Origin: a virus
Reading direction: 5' to 3' (one strand)
Virus record (IMG/VR): IMGVR_UViG_3300033149_003004
Span: 18,656 to 82,655 of that record
Length of the DNA: 64,000 bases
Part shown: positions 18,366 through 28,475 of the stretch, piece by piece
How the letters are laid out: each line of letters starts with the position of its first letter
Numbering within the stretch: position 1 is the stretch's first letter
Program-made: the position numbers and the translations under genes
Notes under the pieces: generated by a model
Databases searched by the model: none
Told to the model about the DNA's origin: nothing
Seen by the model: only the letters and a program-made list of their open reading frames with translations

Positions 18366-19160
18366 ATGGAGAGGGAGCCAACGACTGTGTCATGGTATCT
18401 ACCAGAACGACGAACTTTGTTTCTCCATGTGCCAAGGACGGGAGGCACATGGGTCAAGGAAGCGTTGTATCAATCCGGCATACCGATTCAGAAATGGGGC
18501 AAGATCGGTGAACCGTGGCAGCAGCAAAAACATACGATTCCGATGCATGTGCGGACGGAGCTAATGCAGAAGGTCAATCTTATGTTTGCGTTCGTCCGTC
18601 GGCCGGTTGAGTATTACATATCCGTTTGGCGATTCACGTGCCGGAGTGTCAAGCAGCAGCCAGATAAGATGAAATTGGTCTTCGATCGTCGCGATCCAGC
18701 TGTTCACAACGAAGCGATCTTGCGATGGAAACCGGACTTCCGCGATTGGCTGGCCGAGATGCTTGAGGAGGAGCCTGGTTGGGCTACGCGGTGGTTTGAA
18801 CGGTATGTCGGACCGGAGCGAGGGGAATATTGCCATTACATTGGCCGGACGGAGACGGTGGAGCAGGACTTCCGCGAGATTATGGATCTGCTTGGCTTTG
18901 GGAATCGCTGGCGAAAAAACGAGGACAAGATAAATCGGATTCACCATGCGAAGAACAGAATCCGAGTGACGAAGGCTCCTCACATACAGCTTACTGATAC
19001 CGAGATCGGGTTAATAGAGCGAAGTGAGCGGGTACTGCTTCGTCGTTTCTATGGGGAAACGACTGTGAATAGGCGAGTGTATCGAAACTTTGAGACAGGA
19101 GAGCCAGCATGGGTGAAAAAGAAGCCAGGGCTTTGGGATCGGGTAGCAAGATCGTTGTAA
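18366..19160 (+). CDS. Sulfotransferase family protein
   Basis: FLHVPRTGGT (5'-PSB), FAFVRRPVEYYIS (3'-PB), IGRTETVEQDF. Confidence 0.85.
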   Translation: MEREPTTVSWYLPERRTLFLHVPRTGGTWVKEALYQSGIPIQKWGKIGEPWQQQKHTIPMHVRTELMQKVNLMFAFVRRPVEYYISVWRFTCRSVKQQPDKMKLVFDRRDPAVHNEAILRWKPDFRDWLAEMLEEEPGWATRWFERYVGPERGEYCHYIGRTETVEQDFREIMDLLGFGNRWRKNEDKINRIHHAKNRIRVTKAPHIQLTDTEIGLIERSERVLLRRFYGETTVNRRVYRNFETGEPAWVKKKPGLWDRVARSL

Positions 19161-19747
19161 ATGATGTGGAGTACACGCTTCGTCCGATCACTGTGCAGCA
19201 CTTGTGTGATCTGGAACGAGAAGCGTTGCAGTTCTACAAGAGGCAGAGTCTGGAGACGATCACGGCGAACGCTGATCTGTTGGGGAGTAGGGCCGATGAA
19301 TTGATTCGTGATAAGCTGGAAGAGCTGGCCAAGCTATCTCTGGACGATTTGCCGAGGAAGATGGCCTATGATGCTTCTCGCTTGCCTGTGACAGACAAGC
19401 TACGAGCGTGGGCACAGAAATACAATGCTGAGATTGGTGGGATGGATGGGAAGTTGAGCGATGCCAGAGTCAAGACTCTGGTTGTTACCGCTCTAGATCG
19501 GGAGCAGCTGACTTCGGACAAGGTGAAGGAGCTGACAGGCAGGCGTCCGGTACAGGCTCGTGTGCGTTACGATCAGTGGTGGGTGACGGGTTGTTTTGAG
19601 GGAATGGTATCATTTATCCATAGCTCGATCCGGCATGATCATCCGAACGTATCTAAACAGCAGATTCGGGACTGGCCGGTGTCAGCTATATTCGAGTCCG
19701 CGAGGGAGGTGGAATCCATCACCATGCCGAATTTGGGAAATGGGTAG
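19109..19747 (+). CDS. Tail assembly chaperone (gpG-like)
   Basis: Between tube and tape measure; ends with slippery GGGAAAT. Confidence 0.7.
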   Translation: MGEKEARALGSGSKIVVNDVEYTLRPITVQHLCDLEREALQFYKRQSLETITANADLLGSRADELIRDKLEELAKLSLDDLPRKMAYDASRLPVTDKLRAWAQKYNAEIGGMDGKLSDARVKTLVVTALDREQLTSDKVKELTGRRPVQARVRYDQWWVTGCFEGMVSFIHSSIRHDHPNVSKQQIRDWPVSAIFESAREVESITMPNLGNG

Positions 19748-20169
19748 GGTCCGCCGATCTCGATGCTACGGAGAGCAAGGGGGTAATTGAGACCGGTGGA
19801 CTCTTAGGAGAGCTAAACGTATGGGTGCTGCGAATACTGTGTGAGAATCCTTGGGAGGGAGGTGGTGGGTATTCACCGCGAGAGGTGGCCGAATGGACAC
19901 TGGACCAGTGCTGGTTCCGGATGTGTGATCGAAACATCTTGAAACTTGCCGGCAGAACGATGGCGGTCGACCCGAAGGCAGTTAAAGCATCCGACTCTGG
20001 AGAAATAGCGGGCAGAGCGGCAGACGGAACGCCAATCAAGGGAAGGATAGCGGGAAAGTCCGTAGCCCGGCAACTTATGGAACGGAAGCGGGAGAGAGAA
20101 GCAGCTGAGCAAGCGAAGATTAAGGCAAGGATGAGGCGGAGAAGTCGACGAAAGAGAAAAGGGTGCTGA
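19735..20169 (+). CDS. -1 frameshift extension (gpGT-like)
   Basis: G GGA AAT at 19735-19741; -1 frame open to 20169 (GGYSPREVAEWTLDQ). Confidence 0.75.
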   Translation, partial: GKWVGSADLDATESKGVIETGGLLGELNVWVLRILCENPWEGGGGYSPREVAEWTLDQCWFRMCDRNILKLAGRTMAVDPKAVKASDSGEIAGRAADGTPIKGRIAGKSVARQLMERKREREAAEQAKIKARMRRRSRRKRKGC

Positions 20170-20170
20170 T

Positions 20171-20308
20171 GTGGGCTACATCTATCTGGTTCGCAATTTG
20201 GTGGACGGGAAGGGCTGCGTCCTCCTGAACAACTCGGAAAGAGTAGAGAATAGAGAAGTGGCAAGCATAAGAAGCGTGATAAGCAAGGGCGTTTTCTCCC
20301 GAAAGTAA
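20171..20308 (+). pseudogene. Second GIY-YIG endonuclease remnant
   Basis: VGYIYLVRNLVDGKGCV matches the GIY-YIG N-terminus; RDKQGRF in another frame; nuclease body missing. Confidence 0.55.
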
Positions 20309-20334
20309 AAACTGCCACATAGGAGGATACCACG

Positions 20335-22221
20335 GTGGGTCTAGAGCTCGCAAAAGCGTATGTAACGGCTCGTGGCGACGTGAGCCAGGTGGCTGGCGAC
20401 TTCCATGCTGGCCGGGGACAAGTCGAGCAGGCAGCCAAATCGCTGCAACTATCTGTGAATCGCATCCTCGGGATGATCGGGATTGGGGTATCGATCGGCG
20501 CAATCATCAGTGAGATGCGACAGGGGATAGTCCTTGCCGAGAGGCAGATAGATGCCGAAGCACGCATAGCTGCTGTGGTCAAGGGCACTGGGATGGCAGC
20601 CGGCTTTACTGCCGATCAGTTGAAAGCCATGGCTAGTCAGATGCAGAGGATCACGACAGTGGGAGATGAGGAGATTCTGGAGTCGATGGGGATCTTGCTC
20701 ACGTTCAAAAAAGTACAGAGAGATGTATTCACGTCAGCCATAGATACGATACTCGATATGTCGGCTGTGATGGGCACGAACGCTCGTGGGGCAGCAATGC
20801 AGCTCGGACGCGCTTTGGAAGACCCGATTTATGGAATGACGGCCCTGCGGCGAACTGGAGTCTCGTTTAGCGAGGAGCAGAAGGATCACATCAAGCAGTT
20901 GCAGGAAACGAACAGGTTGGCCGAAGCTCAGGCTTTGATCCTAGACATAGTCCGCGGCCAGCTCGGAGACGTGGCGGAGGCGATGGCACAAACGGATTCC
21001 GGAAAGCTGAAGCAAGCACGAAACGTACTGGGTGATTTGCGGGAGGAACTTGGAAAGAAAATGATTCCGCTTCAGATGAAGTTTGTCGAAATGCAGCAGA
21101 AGTGGATAGGACTCCTGATGAAGGCTATAGAGGTGGTAACAAGTATTGGCAGCAGGGTCAGGGAATGGCTATCTACGCCGTTTGGTGTCTACTTGACGAA
21201 CATGGCCAAAACGGTATTTTTGGGTGGGCTTGTATTAGCAGGGACTTGGGCGTTAGTGTGGGCTGCTGGAGCTATGGCCGGAGCTTTCACCGTTGCTTGG
21301 ACTTCTGCACTCGGTCCCATTGCGTTGCTCATACCTGCCATGGCGCTTGTCGGAGTAGCTATAGTCGAGCTTTGGGGGAAGGGTGACACGTTTGGGGAGA
21401 AGATGAAGGATGTATTTGAGAACAAGATACCAGACGCTATAGATGCAACGGCATTTGCTGTACGAAACTTCAGCATGATCATGGAACTTGTTGCTGTGCG
21501 ATGGTCAATCAAACTATTAGAGTTGTTCGGCGGGTTGTACGAAAAGTTCTGGGAGATAGTTCCTGTGTTCGCCGGAGTCTGTGCTGGAATGAGAGCTGCC
21601 TTCGGTGCTGTTATCGACTGGATGGCCAACAAAGTTCTCAGTTTGAAGAACATCATGGCTGCCGTGGGAGCAGGCATCCAGGCGATGTTCGTTGCGGTCT
21701 TGTCTGGAAATCTTCGGGGGGCCGCCGTCGAATTCGGAAAGGCTTTCGACGCTGCAATGGCCAAAGTAGGTGCTCCTCCCAAAGTGGACATAGCTGCTCG
21801 TTTGAGAACAGCTTTCAAGATCACAGAGGATATCGTCAAGGCGATGATCGTTGAGTTAGGCATGGATGATGCACAAAAGATGCTCGACATTCTCAGGGCT
21901 AGAGAACAAGCTCTGCTTGAAGCGATAGCAAGAATGGAGCTGGAGAGAAAGAAAAAGAAGGAAGATGAAGACAAAGAGGATAAAAAGAAACCATCGCCGG
22001 AGAAAGTAGCAGAAGCAGTAGCAGAAGCCGAGCGGTCGATGGCCGGACGATACGGATTCCTGGAGTATAGTAGGGCATTGCAGGATATGTTGCTTACGAG
22101 AGACGATTCTGCGAAGAAGACAGCCGAGAACACGAAGAAGGCAAATGAACAATTAGAAGATGCAAATGCAAAGTTGGCGAAGCTAATCGAAGTTGGTAAG
22201 GGACCAAGCGTCTTCGTGTGA
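20335..22221 (+). CDS. Tape measure protein
   Basis: ELAKAYV start, QLGRALEDPIYGMTALRRTGVSF, Ala-rich helices, hydrophobic segment. Confidence 0.9.
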   Translation: MGLELAKAYVTARGDVSQVAGDFHAGRGQVEQAAKSLQLSVNRILGMIGIGVSIGAIISEMRQGIVLAERQIDAEARIAAVVKGTGMAAGFTADQLKAMASQMQRITTVGDEEILESMGILLTFKKVQRDVFTSAIDTILDMSAVMGTNARGAAMQLGRALEDPIYGMTALRRTGVSFSEEQKDHIKQLQETNRLAEAQALILDIVRGQLGDVAEAMAQTDSGKLKQARNVLGDLREELGKKMIPLQMKFVEMQQKWIGLLMKAIEVVTSIGSRVREWLSTPFGVYLTNMAKTVFLGGLVLAGTWALVWAAGAMAGAFTVAWTSALGPIALLIPAMALVGVAIVELWGKGDTFGEKMKDVFENKIPDAIDATAFAVRNFSMIMELVAVRWSIKLLELFGGLYEKFWEIVPVFAGVCAGMRAAFGAVIDWMANKVLSLKNIMAAVGAGIQAMFVAVLSGNLRGAAVEFGKAFDAAMAKVGAPPKVDIAARLRTAFKITEDIVKAMIVELGMDDAQKMLDILRAREQALLEAIARMELERKKKKEDEDKEDKKKPSPEKVAEAVAEAERSMAGRYGFLEYSRALQDMLLTRDDSAKKTAENTKKANEQLEDANAKLAKLIEVGKGPSVFV

Positions 22222-22233
22222 GGAGCGTAATAG

Positions 22234-23196
22234 ATGCAACACTCATCGGAGTGGAAATTGACCTCGCCAGGTGGAGTACCTTACAAGTTGATCCGGCAGT
22301 CGGGATCATTTGGTTGTGAAGATGCTTCATGGAATATGGAGATCTGTATACGGTCGCACGATTTGACTGCGTTCATTGCCGAATGTTTCCCCGCTCCGTA
22401 TGTGTCCGGTTCGTTCGTCATCTATCCAAAGCGATTCTATCCGGCTGGCTTGCCCTCGCTAGAGTGTAAGACTGTAAATGTCGAGGGGTTCACTTCGGGA
22501 AAGCCGATCGATCCGTTCGGCGTCGGCATTAGTCTTTACTCTCCGGAAGAATATGTTGCAACGTATGAGCCTTATCTACGACTGACTTTAGCATTTGGAC
22601 CATGTCCGTCTAATGATCAAGAGCAAGATACTTCCAACCCATTCACGTGGCTGGAGGTCACCGCTAACGAGAGCGGTGAGTTCCTGACGAGCGATATTGA
22701 TCAAGAGAAGATTCGCTGGCAGGATGAGGATGGGAACACAGAACTTCCGAGTGAGGAAGATACTCAGCTCAGTCAGCCGGTCAAGACCGTAGGAACGGAG
22801 TGGACTTGTAGATGGCCCCAGATACCATTTGATTTCTTTCAAGATACACTCGTGCCTAGGATGCGTGCGGTTGAGGGACAGGTCAACGACGCTCCAATGG
22901 AGTTATTTGCTAATGCTCCAGCCGAGACTATATTGTTCTTGGGTTTTCAGAATAGCTACGAATACACGTGGCGTGAGGGGCGTTCTGGAACGAGTCCTGT
23001 GCAGGCCACGCTGAGGTTCGCCGAAAAGAATTTCATCGGTCGGCAGATGGTGATCGATCCTGTCTTCAGCTTTTGGCAGGATGTACAGGTGACCCACAAC
23101 CATATCTGGCGACCAAACCATGGCTGGCAGCGAATGTTGATCGGTACTGAGCCTCTGTATAAGAGCGGCAATCTGAACAGCATTTTCACTGGATAA
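22234..23196 (+). CDS. Tail tip/distal tail protein (putative)
   Basis: Directly after tape measure; GAGGAG RBS. Confidence 0.6.
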   Translation: MQHSSEWKLTSPGGVPYKLIRQSGSFGCEDASWNMEICIRSHDLTAFIAECFPAPYVSGSFVIYPKRFYPAGLPSLECKTVNVEGFTSGKPIDPFGVGISLYSPEEYVATYEPYLRLTLAFGPCPSNDQEQDTSNPFTWLEVTANESGEFLTSDIDQEKIRWQDEDGNTELPSEEDTQLSQPVKTVGTEWTCRWPQIPFDFFQDTLVPRMRAVEGQVNDAPMELFANAPAETILFLGFQNSYEYTWREGRSGTSPVQATLRFAEKNFIGRQMVIDPVFSFWQDVQVTHNHIWRPNHGWQRMLIGTEPLYKSGNLNSIFTG

Positions 23197-23199
23197 GCG

Positions 23200-24528
23200 A
23201 TGGCTGGAGAAAAGTTCCCCGACGTCAAACCGGGACAGCCGATCACAGCCGATCGGGCCAACCGCGAAGCTGCTGTTCTTGAGCGTTGGGCCGCGTTTTT
23301 GCCAAGCTCCAATCTCAGTGGAGAGCAGAGTAACTCCCGTGTAAATATCGTTGGGATGTTTCCCGCGGTGCTGGCCGTGCTCAAGGTTACGGAGGACCTC
23401 GGGTCTTCCGTCTATAAGGGAGTGCTACGGCGATATAGTTTCCAAACTAATGCTTGGACGGATGGTACGAAAGAGTGGAGGATAGACGCCGGAGCTACTG
23501 AGTCGGAGTTGGACGTGTCTCAGCTTGTCGTGTGCTACTATGATCGCAAGCGAGGGGCGTTCATCCCGGCTAACCCAAACGAGGTGAGGTTTCGGGTCTT
23601 CGAGCTGAAGACCAGTCTGCCTTACGGAGGCTTGGCAACTGCCTACGTCCGCTACTCGACGGCTCCGGCCATCGACATTACCGACACAACACAGACGATC
23701 ATTGTATGGGATTACATCGGCGACCGGCGAGGAACTGGACGTGATGATAACGAGGATGGTAGCCGTGGGGCAATCGGACTCGCTATGCAACTTCCAGGCG
23801 AAACAACTGTGTGGCGAGTAATCGATTTGGAGTGCTACTTCCCTCCCGTGGAGGCACTGTCCAGTTCGTCTTCTGGAGACGTGTCATCGGTCAGTTCTGC
23901 TTCTAGTTTATCGTCTGCGAGTTCTGGGAGTTCGGCAAGCTCGATGAGCTCCGGAAGTGAATCATCGTCTGGAAGTTCGGCAAGCTCAGCGAGTTCCGGA
24001 AGCGAGTCATCATCATACAGTTCGTATAGTTCTACTCTCAGCCAATCGTCGGCTAGTTCGGAATCATCCGAGTTGGCTTGCGAACCGTGCGATGGTTATT
24101 GCTGGTGGCATTGCAACAACGGCGTGTGGTCGATCATTAGCGAAGGATGCCAACAAGACTACGGAAAGCCATGCTACTGTGTACCGCCGGGTATCTACTA
24201 TCTCAATGATCCGAGAGGAGATTGCACTTATGAGCACTATGAGGTGACTGGCTGCTGCTACGAGGAGCAGGAGTCGGAATCGTCTGCAAGCTCGGGTAGC
24301 TTGTCATCGGCCAGTTCGCAGAGCGAGCAGTCTGAGAGTTCTGCTTCTAGTCCGTCTTCGCTTAGTTCTGCTTCTAGTCCGTCTTCGCTTAGTTCGCTAA
24401 GTCAATCATCCGCGAGTTCTGTTTCTATCTCCAGTCAATCGTCTGTAAGTTCGGGAGGATCATATGCGAGTTCTGTTTCTATCTCCAGTCAATCGTCTGT
24501 AAGTTCGGGAGGATCATATGCAAGCTGA
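23200..24528 (+). CDS. Tail-associated protein with two Ser-rich tracts flanking a Cys-rich module
   Basis: KPGQPITA N-terminus; Ser tracts; CEPCDGYC...CYC...C...CC. Confidence 0.7.
   Translation: MAGEKFPDVKPGQPITADRANREAAVLERWAAFLPSSNLSGEQSNSRVNIVGMFPAVLAVLKVTEDLGSSVYKGVLRRYSFQTNAWTDGTKEWRIDAGATESELDVSQLVVCYYDRKRGAFIPANPNEVRFRVFELKTSLPYGGLATAYVRYSTAPAIDITDTTQTIIVWDYIGDRRGTGRDDNEDGSRGAIGLAMQLPGETTVWRVIDLECYFPPVEALSSSSSGDVSSVSSASSLSSASSGSSASSMSSGSESSSGSSASSASSGSESSSYSSYSSTLSQSSASSESSELACEPCDGYCWWHCNNGVWSIISEGCQQDYGKPCYCVPPGIYYLNDPRGDCTYEHYEVTGCCYEEQESESSASSGSLSSASSQSEQSESSASSPSSLSSASSPSSLSSLSQSSASSVSISSQSSVSSGGSYASSVSISSQSSVSSGGSYAS
24411..24522 (+). repeat. 54-bp tandem duplication (ASSVSISSQSSVSSGGSY x2)
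   Basis: Exact repeat; a 27-bp tandem repeat also lies at ~24338-24395. Confidence 0.85.
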
Positions 24529-25165
24529 ATCGATAAGTTCTACGGATGCCCTGTCTGCGTATGCCGATTTCCCAGTGACGATTCACACAGTCGACTCGAT
24601 TGCCGATTTCCCAGTGACGATCCACGCGGTCGATCCAATTGTCGATTTCGTTTCCTCGTGTATGAGCACAGTCGATCTTCCGTTCGGTTCTGCGAACGGT
24701 CTGTACGATTCGATCATTGTTGCAGATCGTCAAGGAATTACATGGGAGACTAGTCCACACGACGCCCAAGCGGAGAATCCAACGGAGGGTGTTAATCTTC
24801 CGAAACTCAAGCCGTTCAGGAGACAAGTCAAGACTGAGAGGCGAAGAGCAAGACGTTCGGTGTCGGTGCCGTCCTTGCCAGCGGTTCCGCGAGGCAATTG
24901 TGGCCAGCAGCTTCCGTCCGTGCCTCGAATGGCGGCAAACATGGCCAAACATGCGGCGAAGCATGTGTTGACCGGAGCCAAGCAGGCAAGTCCGGAGCTG
25001 GTTGAAGCCCGCTTGGCAGCGTGCAAAGTCTGCCGGCATAGGACGATGGTAGCTCATTGCGCGAAGTGCGGTTGTGTTATTGAGGCTCTTGCCCGCTGGG
25101 AATCGAGCAAATGCAAAGCGAAGAAGTGGCCGGAACCGGAGAGCGTGACAGCGGGGAGGGAATGA
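24518..25165 (+). CDS. Hypothetical protein with C-terminal Cys-rich domain
   Basis: EARLAACKVC..CAKCGC..C..KKW; ADFPVTIH repeat. Confidence 0.65.
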   Translation: MQAESISSTDALSAYADFPVTIHTVDSIADFPVTIHAVDPIVDFVSSCMSTVDLPFGSANGLYDSIIVADRQGITWETSPHDAQAENPTEGVNLPKLKPFRRQVKTERRRARRSVSVPSLPAVPRGNCGQQLPSVPRMAANMAKHAAKHVLTGAKQASPELVEARLAACKVCRHRTMVAHCAKCGCVIEALARWESSKCKAKKWPEPESVTAGRE

Positions 25166-25168
25166 TCG

Positions 25169-26335
25169 GTGGGAAGCGATTGGTGCTGCCGATGCTTGCC
25201 AGTAACTTGTGGTTACTTCGGTGATTCCTTCAATCGCCAGAACAGTAGTAACCTGGGCGCTGAATGGTCGGAGATCATTGGCAATTGGAGTATATCGGGA
25301 CAGAACTTGGTTACGAGTGACAGCAATGCTTTGTGCCTGGCATTGACGGAGCATCCCGAAGGCTTATTGAACGTACATGTCAGGGTTTACGTGAGATTAG
25401 ACGAAGCAGTGGTGGGAGACGGTCAAGAGGTTCGGGTAGTAGTCAACTATAGGGACTCGCAGAACTATGACTATGTGCAGTACACGTTTTGTCAGTATAC
25501 CACTTGGCCTAGAGGGGACGTGTTGTGTGGATTAGTGCGAGTGGATGTATATTCAGTTGTCTCTGGAGTACACGAGCTCCGAGAAGATTCTTCTGGATTC
25601 CTCTATTGGCACCCCGATCCTCCGCATAATCAATGGTATTCTTGCTATGTCGATGTGAGAAGAGTCAACACTGAAACGCGAATTCTCGCAAGTTGCTCTC
25701 CAGGCGGCTACGGATTTTTTCCTGCGATGGTCGAAGCGGTTATTCCAGAAGCGACCAGTTCGCTGTGTGGAGTTGCCACGGGGAGCATATCGGCTACAGC
25801 TATCAGATTCGACAACTTTCAATTGTTCCGTCATCGATTGGACATGGAAGGATGCCCATACATATTCCCTCAGTGTGGCCTTTGCTACTCGTGGCCATTT
25901 GGACCTGCCGAAGCTCCGGCCAGCTACATCATTGCGTTGAGAGATTTCACCGACGATACTTGTTCAGATTGCGAAGGCTTGAACGGCGATTACGTGTTGG
26001 GCGATCGTGAAGTTGAGTACAGCGTGGTTGGTGTACCGCAGACGTGCATTTGGAAATGGGAGGGAAGCGGATCGTGCTGTCTTGAGAGAATTGAACTGAG
26101 GCGTAATACTGTCCCACAGACTTTCCTCGGAGTTCCGATTGGTACGCTTGTCCTATGGGTGTATTTTAGGCACTCAGATGATCCATACTGGCCGACGGGA
26201 TACATGGTTTTTTACAATCCAGTTGACGATGACTGTTGGCCGACAGGGAAGATCGCGTTTCAGAATAATCTTACAAGTCCCACACCGCTCGGGATTTGCA
26301 TTCCGGGCACCGCTTCGTTCAGTCTCAACGCTTAG
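25169..26335 (+). CDS. Cys-rich lectin/ConA-like putative receptor-binding protein
   Basis: CCRC start; DSFNR..LG..W....GNWSI..IRFDNF beta-sandwich pattern. Confidence 0.6.
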   Translation: MGSDWCCRCLPVTCGYFGDSFNRQNSSNLGAEWSEIIGNWSISGQNLVTSDSNALCLALTEHPEGLLNVHVRVYVRLDEAVVGDGQEVRVVVNYRDSQNYDYVQYTFCQYTTWPRGDVLCGLVRVDVYSVVSGVHELREDSSGFLYWHPDPPHNQWYSCYVDVRRVNTETRILASCSPGGYGFFPAMVEAVIPEATSSLCGVATGSISATAIRFDNFQLFRHRLDMEGCPYIFPQCGLCYSWPFGPAEAPASYIIALRDFTDDTCSDCEGLNGDYVLGDREVEYSVVGVPQTCIWKWEGSGSCCLERIELRRNTVPQTFLGVPIGTLVLWVYFRHSDDPYWPTGYMVFYNPVDDDCWPTGKIAFQNNLTSPTPLGICIPGTASFSLNA

Positions 26336-26337
26336 CC

Positions 26338-27378
26338 ATGATCTCTCTTGATAAATCATCGTGCGTTTACTTTGGCAAAGCCATCGGCTTGACGAAATGC
26401 AACCAACCTGCCCATCACTGTGAGTTGTTCGATTGCCATGTCGTTGAGGGCGTCGGCAACCGAACGGTTCCAGGGTGCAAGACTTGCAATAAGCGATTGC
26501 TGCCGAGCGAGGCAAAGTTTGTCATCGATCCATTAGAGGTGATTGATCGACGCAGAAAACGGACGGACTGCTTACGGGACATGCTTGCCGGAGCATCAGT
26601 ATTTTTGGCCTGTTCTGGTCCCTCCGCCAACGATCTGCCGTTGGAGCAATTGAATCGGAGGGGGATTTGGACGATGGCTGTGAACAACATGGCAGGCCAC
26701 GATAGATTCCGTCCGCAAGCGTTCGTCTGCTCCGATCCACCGCTGAAGTTCTCACACTCGATATGGCTTGATCCGGCGATAATGAAATTCGTGCCGACAC
26801 CGAAGCTCGCCGGTGATCGGGCCAAGTTGAGAAGAAAGACGAAGCAGAACCAATTCGAGATACTTGACAAGAGGGTTCTCGATTGCCCGAACGTCTGGGC
26901 ATTTCGACGAGAGGTATGGTTGAAACCGGATGATAGCTTCTTCACGTCGCCGGGAGCTTGCTGGGGCAATTTGGCGGTCGGTGTACAGCGAACCGGAGAA
27001 CCGAAGACTGTGAATACGATGTTCTTGGCGTTGCGGTTGTTACGGTATCTCGGAGCAAGACGAGTGTTCATGATCGGCGTGGACTTCCGCATGTCTGCCA
27101 ATTACGGCTATGCTTTCGCTCAAGAGGTCGGCTACAAACAATCGAGGGATGATCCGTCTTCTGTCAGCGACAACAGGCAGTACGTCGTAGCAAACGATTG
27201 GCTATGCCGCATGGAGCAAGGCGGGGTGTTTCGACGGTTCGGAATCGAGTTTTTCAATTGCTTTCGAGAATCGAGTTTGCGGGCGTTTCCGTACGTACCT
27301 TTTTCGGTGGCTTTGCGTGAATGCAAGGGAATCGTCGAAGACGTGCCGGACTTGTCAGGCTGGTACGAGAAGAAATAG
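26338..27378 (+). CDS. Maf/DUF115 (MptE-like)/sialyltransferase-fold glycosyltransferase
   Basis: LACSGPSA, MAVNN, FVCSDP, TMFLALRLLRYLGARRVFMIGVDF. Confidence 0.7.
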   Translation: MISLDKSSCVYFGKAIGLTKCNQPAHHCELFDCHVVEGVGNRTVPGCKTCNKRLLPSEAKFVIDPLEVIDRRRKRTDCLRDMLAGASVFLACSGPSANDLPLEQLNRRGIWTMAVNNMAGHDRFRPQAFVCSDPPLKFSHSIWLDPAIMKFVPTPKLAGDRAKLRRKTKQNQFEILDKRVLDCPNVWAFRREVWLKPDDSFFTSPGACWGNLAVGVQRTGEPKTVNTMFLALRLLRYLGARRVFMIGVDFRMSANYGYAFAQEVGYKQSRDDPSSVSDNRQYVVANDWLCRMEQGGVFRRFGIEFFNCFRESSLRAFPYVPFSVALRECKGIVEDVPDLSGWYEKK

Positions 27379-27412
27379 AAACATTCCGATAATCCGATAA
27401 TAGGGGTATAGT

Positions 27413-27937
27413 ATGGAGGAAAGATCAATGAAGAAGTTGAAGATAATGCCGTTCAGCGGAGAAGAGGACCTGTCTCGAATCATGGAGATAGAGCACGCCA
27501 GCTTCGACGAACCATGGACGGACGAGTTGTATTTTCGCGTGTTGTGCCGCAGGAATGTGTCGTGCATGGTGTTGAGGATCAGCGCTTTCTTTCACGCCAA
27601 GCAGATCGTCGGGTATATCGTGTTCCGCACTGGGCTGAAGAAGCTGGAGATTTGGAATCTAGCCGTTCACCCCGATCATAGAAGGAGAGGATACGGAACG
27701 CTACTGATTTTGTATTTGAAGAGGCGAGCCGAGCGGGGAGTAAGAAAGCCTATCGAACTGGAGATTAGTGAGCGAAATCTGCTGGGCCAGCTATTCTTTC
27801 GCTCCAATGGATTTCAAGCTACAAGCGTCTTGCGAGGACACTACTCTGAGGAGCACGATGCTTACAAGATGATATGGACTCCATCATCGTCCGTGCGAAA
27901 TCGGTTGCTGAAACATTGCCATGCTTCTGACTTTTAG
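27413..27937 (+). CDS. rimI: RimI-like GNAT acetyltransferase
   Basis: IEHASFDEPW, IWNLAVHPDHRRRGYG, LEISERNLLGQLFFRSNGF, EHDAYKM. Confidence 0.85.
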   Translation: MEERSMKKLKIMPFSGEEDLSRIMEIEHASFDEPWTDELYFRVLCRRNVSCMVLRISAFFHAKQIVGYIVFRTGLKKLEIWNLAVHPDHRRRGYGTLLILYLKRRAERGVRKPIELEISERNLLGQLFFRSNGFQATSVLRGHYSEEHDAYKMIWTPSSSVRNRLLKHCHASDF

Positions 27938-28475
27938 CGACTCGTTAGTAGAACCCCAGAATCTCACCAGAAGTCAAAAGTCTTGGCTGCTGTCAACAGA
28001 CTTTGCAGTAAAGGAGTTTCTTATGGAGCAGATTCCTGAAAATCTTGCCAATGCGTCTTGGGAAGTCAAAGCTTGGGGTATGGTCCGTCACTTGTTCAGA
28101 TCCGATCAAGCGGCGGTGAGTTATCTGTGTGTAAATAGGGGAACGTGTTGTTCCAGACATCTCCATCAGCATCGTGCTAACCAATTCGTAATTCTCTCCG
28201 GCAAGATAGTTGTGGAAGAATGGCTACCGGAGCAAAATCCGGTGACGGAGCAACCCAAGCAACGGGTACTGCTCACGCCCGGCTCCATCCATGTAGTAAG
28301 TAGTCTTGTGCCGCACAGGTTCCGCGTAGCAGAAAGCGGTCAAGTAATCGAGGTCTATTGGCCAGACCGGGGTGGGAAGGTAGAGTTTAGCGACATCACA
28401 AGATTTGATGTGGGTGGCCCGGATATTCAAATCTGTGACATCGCTAGCCTCGATGGGTTGAAGCATTTGTCATGA
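27921..28475 (+). CDS. Cupin-fold (sugar isomerase/epimerase-like) protein
   Basis: KAWG, CSRHLHQHRANQF..LSG, PHRF, IEVY..DITR. Confidence 0.75.
   Translation: MLLTFSDSLVEPQNLTRSQKSWLLSTDFAVKEFLMEQIPENLANASWEVKAWGMVRHLFRSDQAAVSYLCVNRGTCCSRHLHQHRANQFVILSGKIVVEEWLPEQNPVTEQPKQRVLLTPGSIHVVSSLVPHRFRVAESGQVIEVYWPDRGGKVEFSDITRFDVGGPDIQICDIASLDGLKHLS

Noticed and set aside
21189-22133. 314-aa antisense ORF in the tape measure gene
   Set aside because: In-register shadow of an Ala/Lys/Glu-rich gene; no motifs
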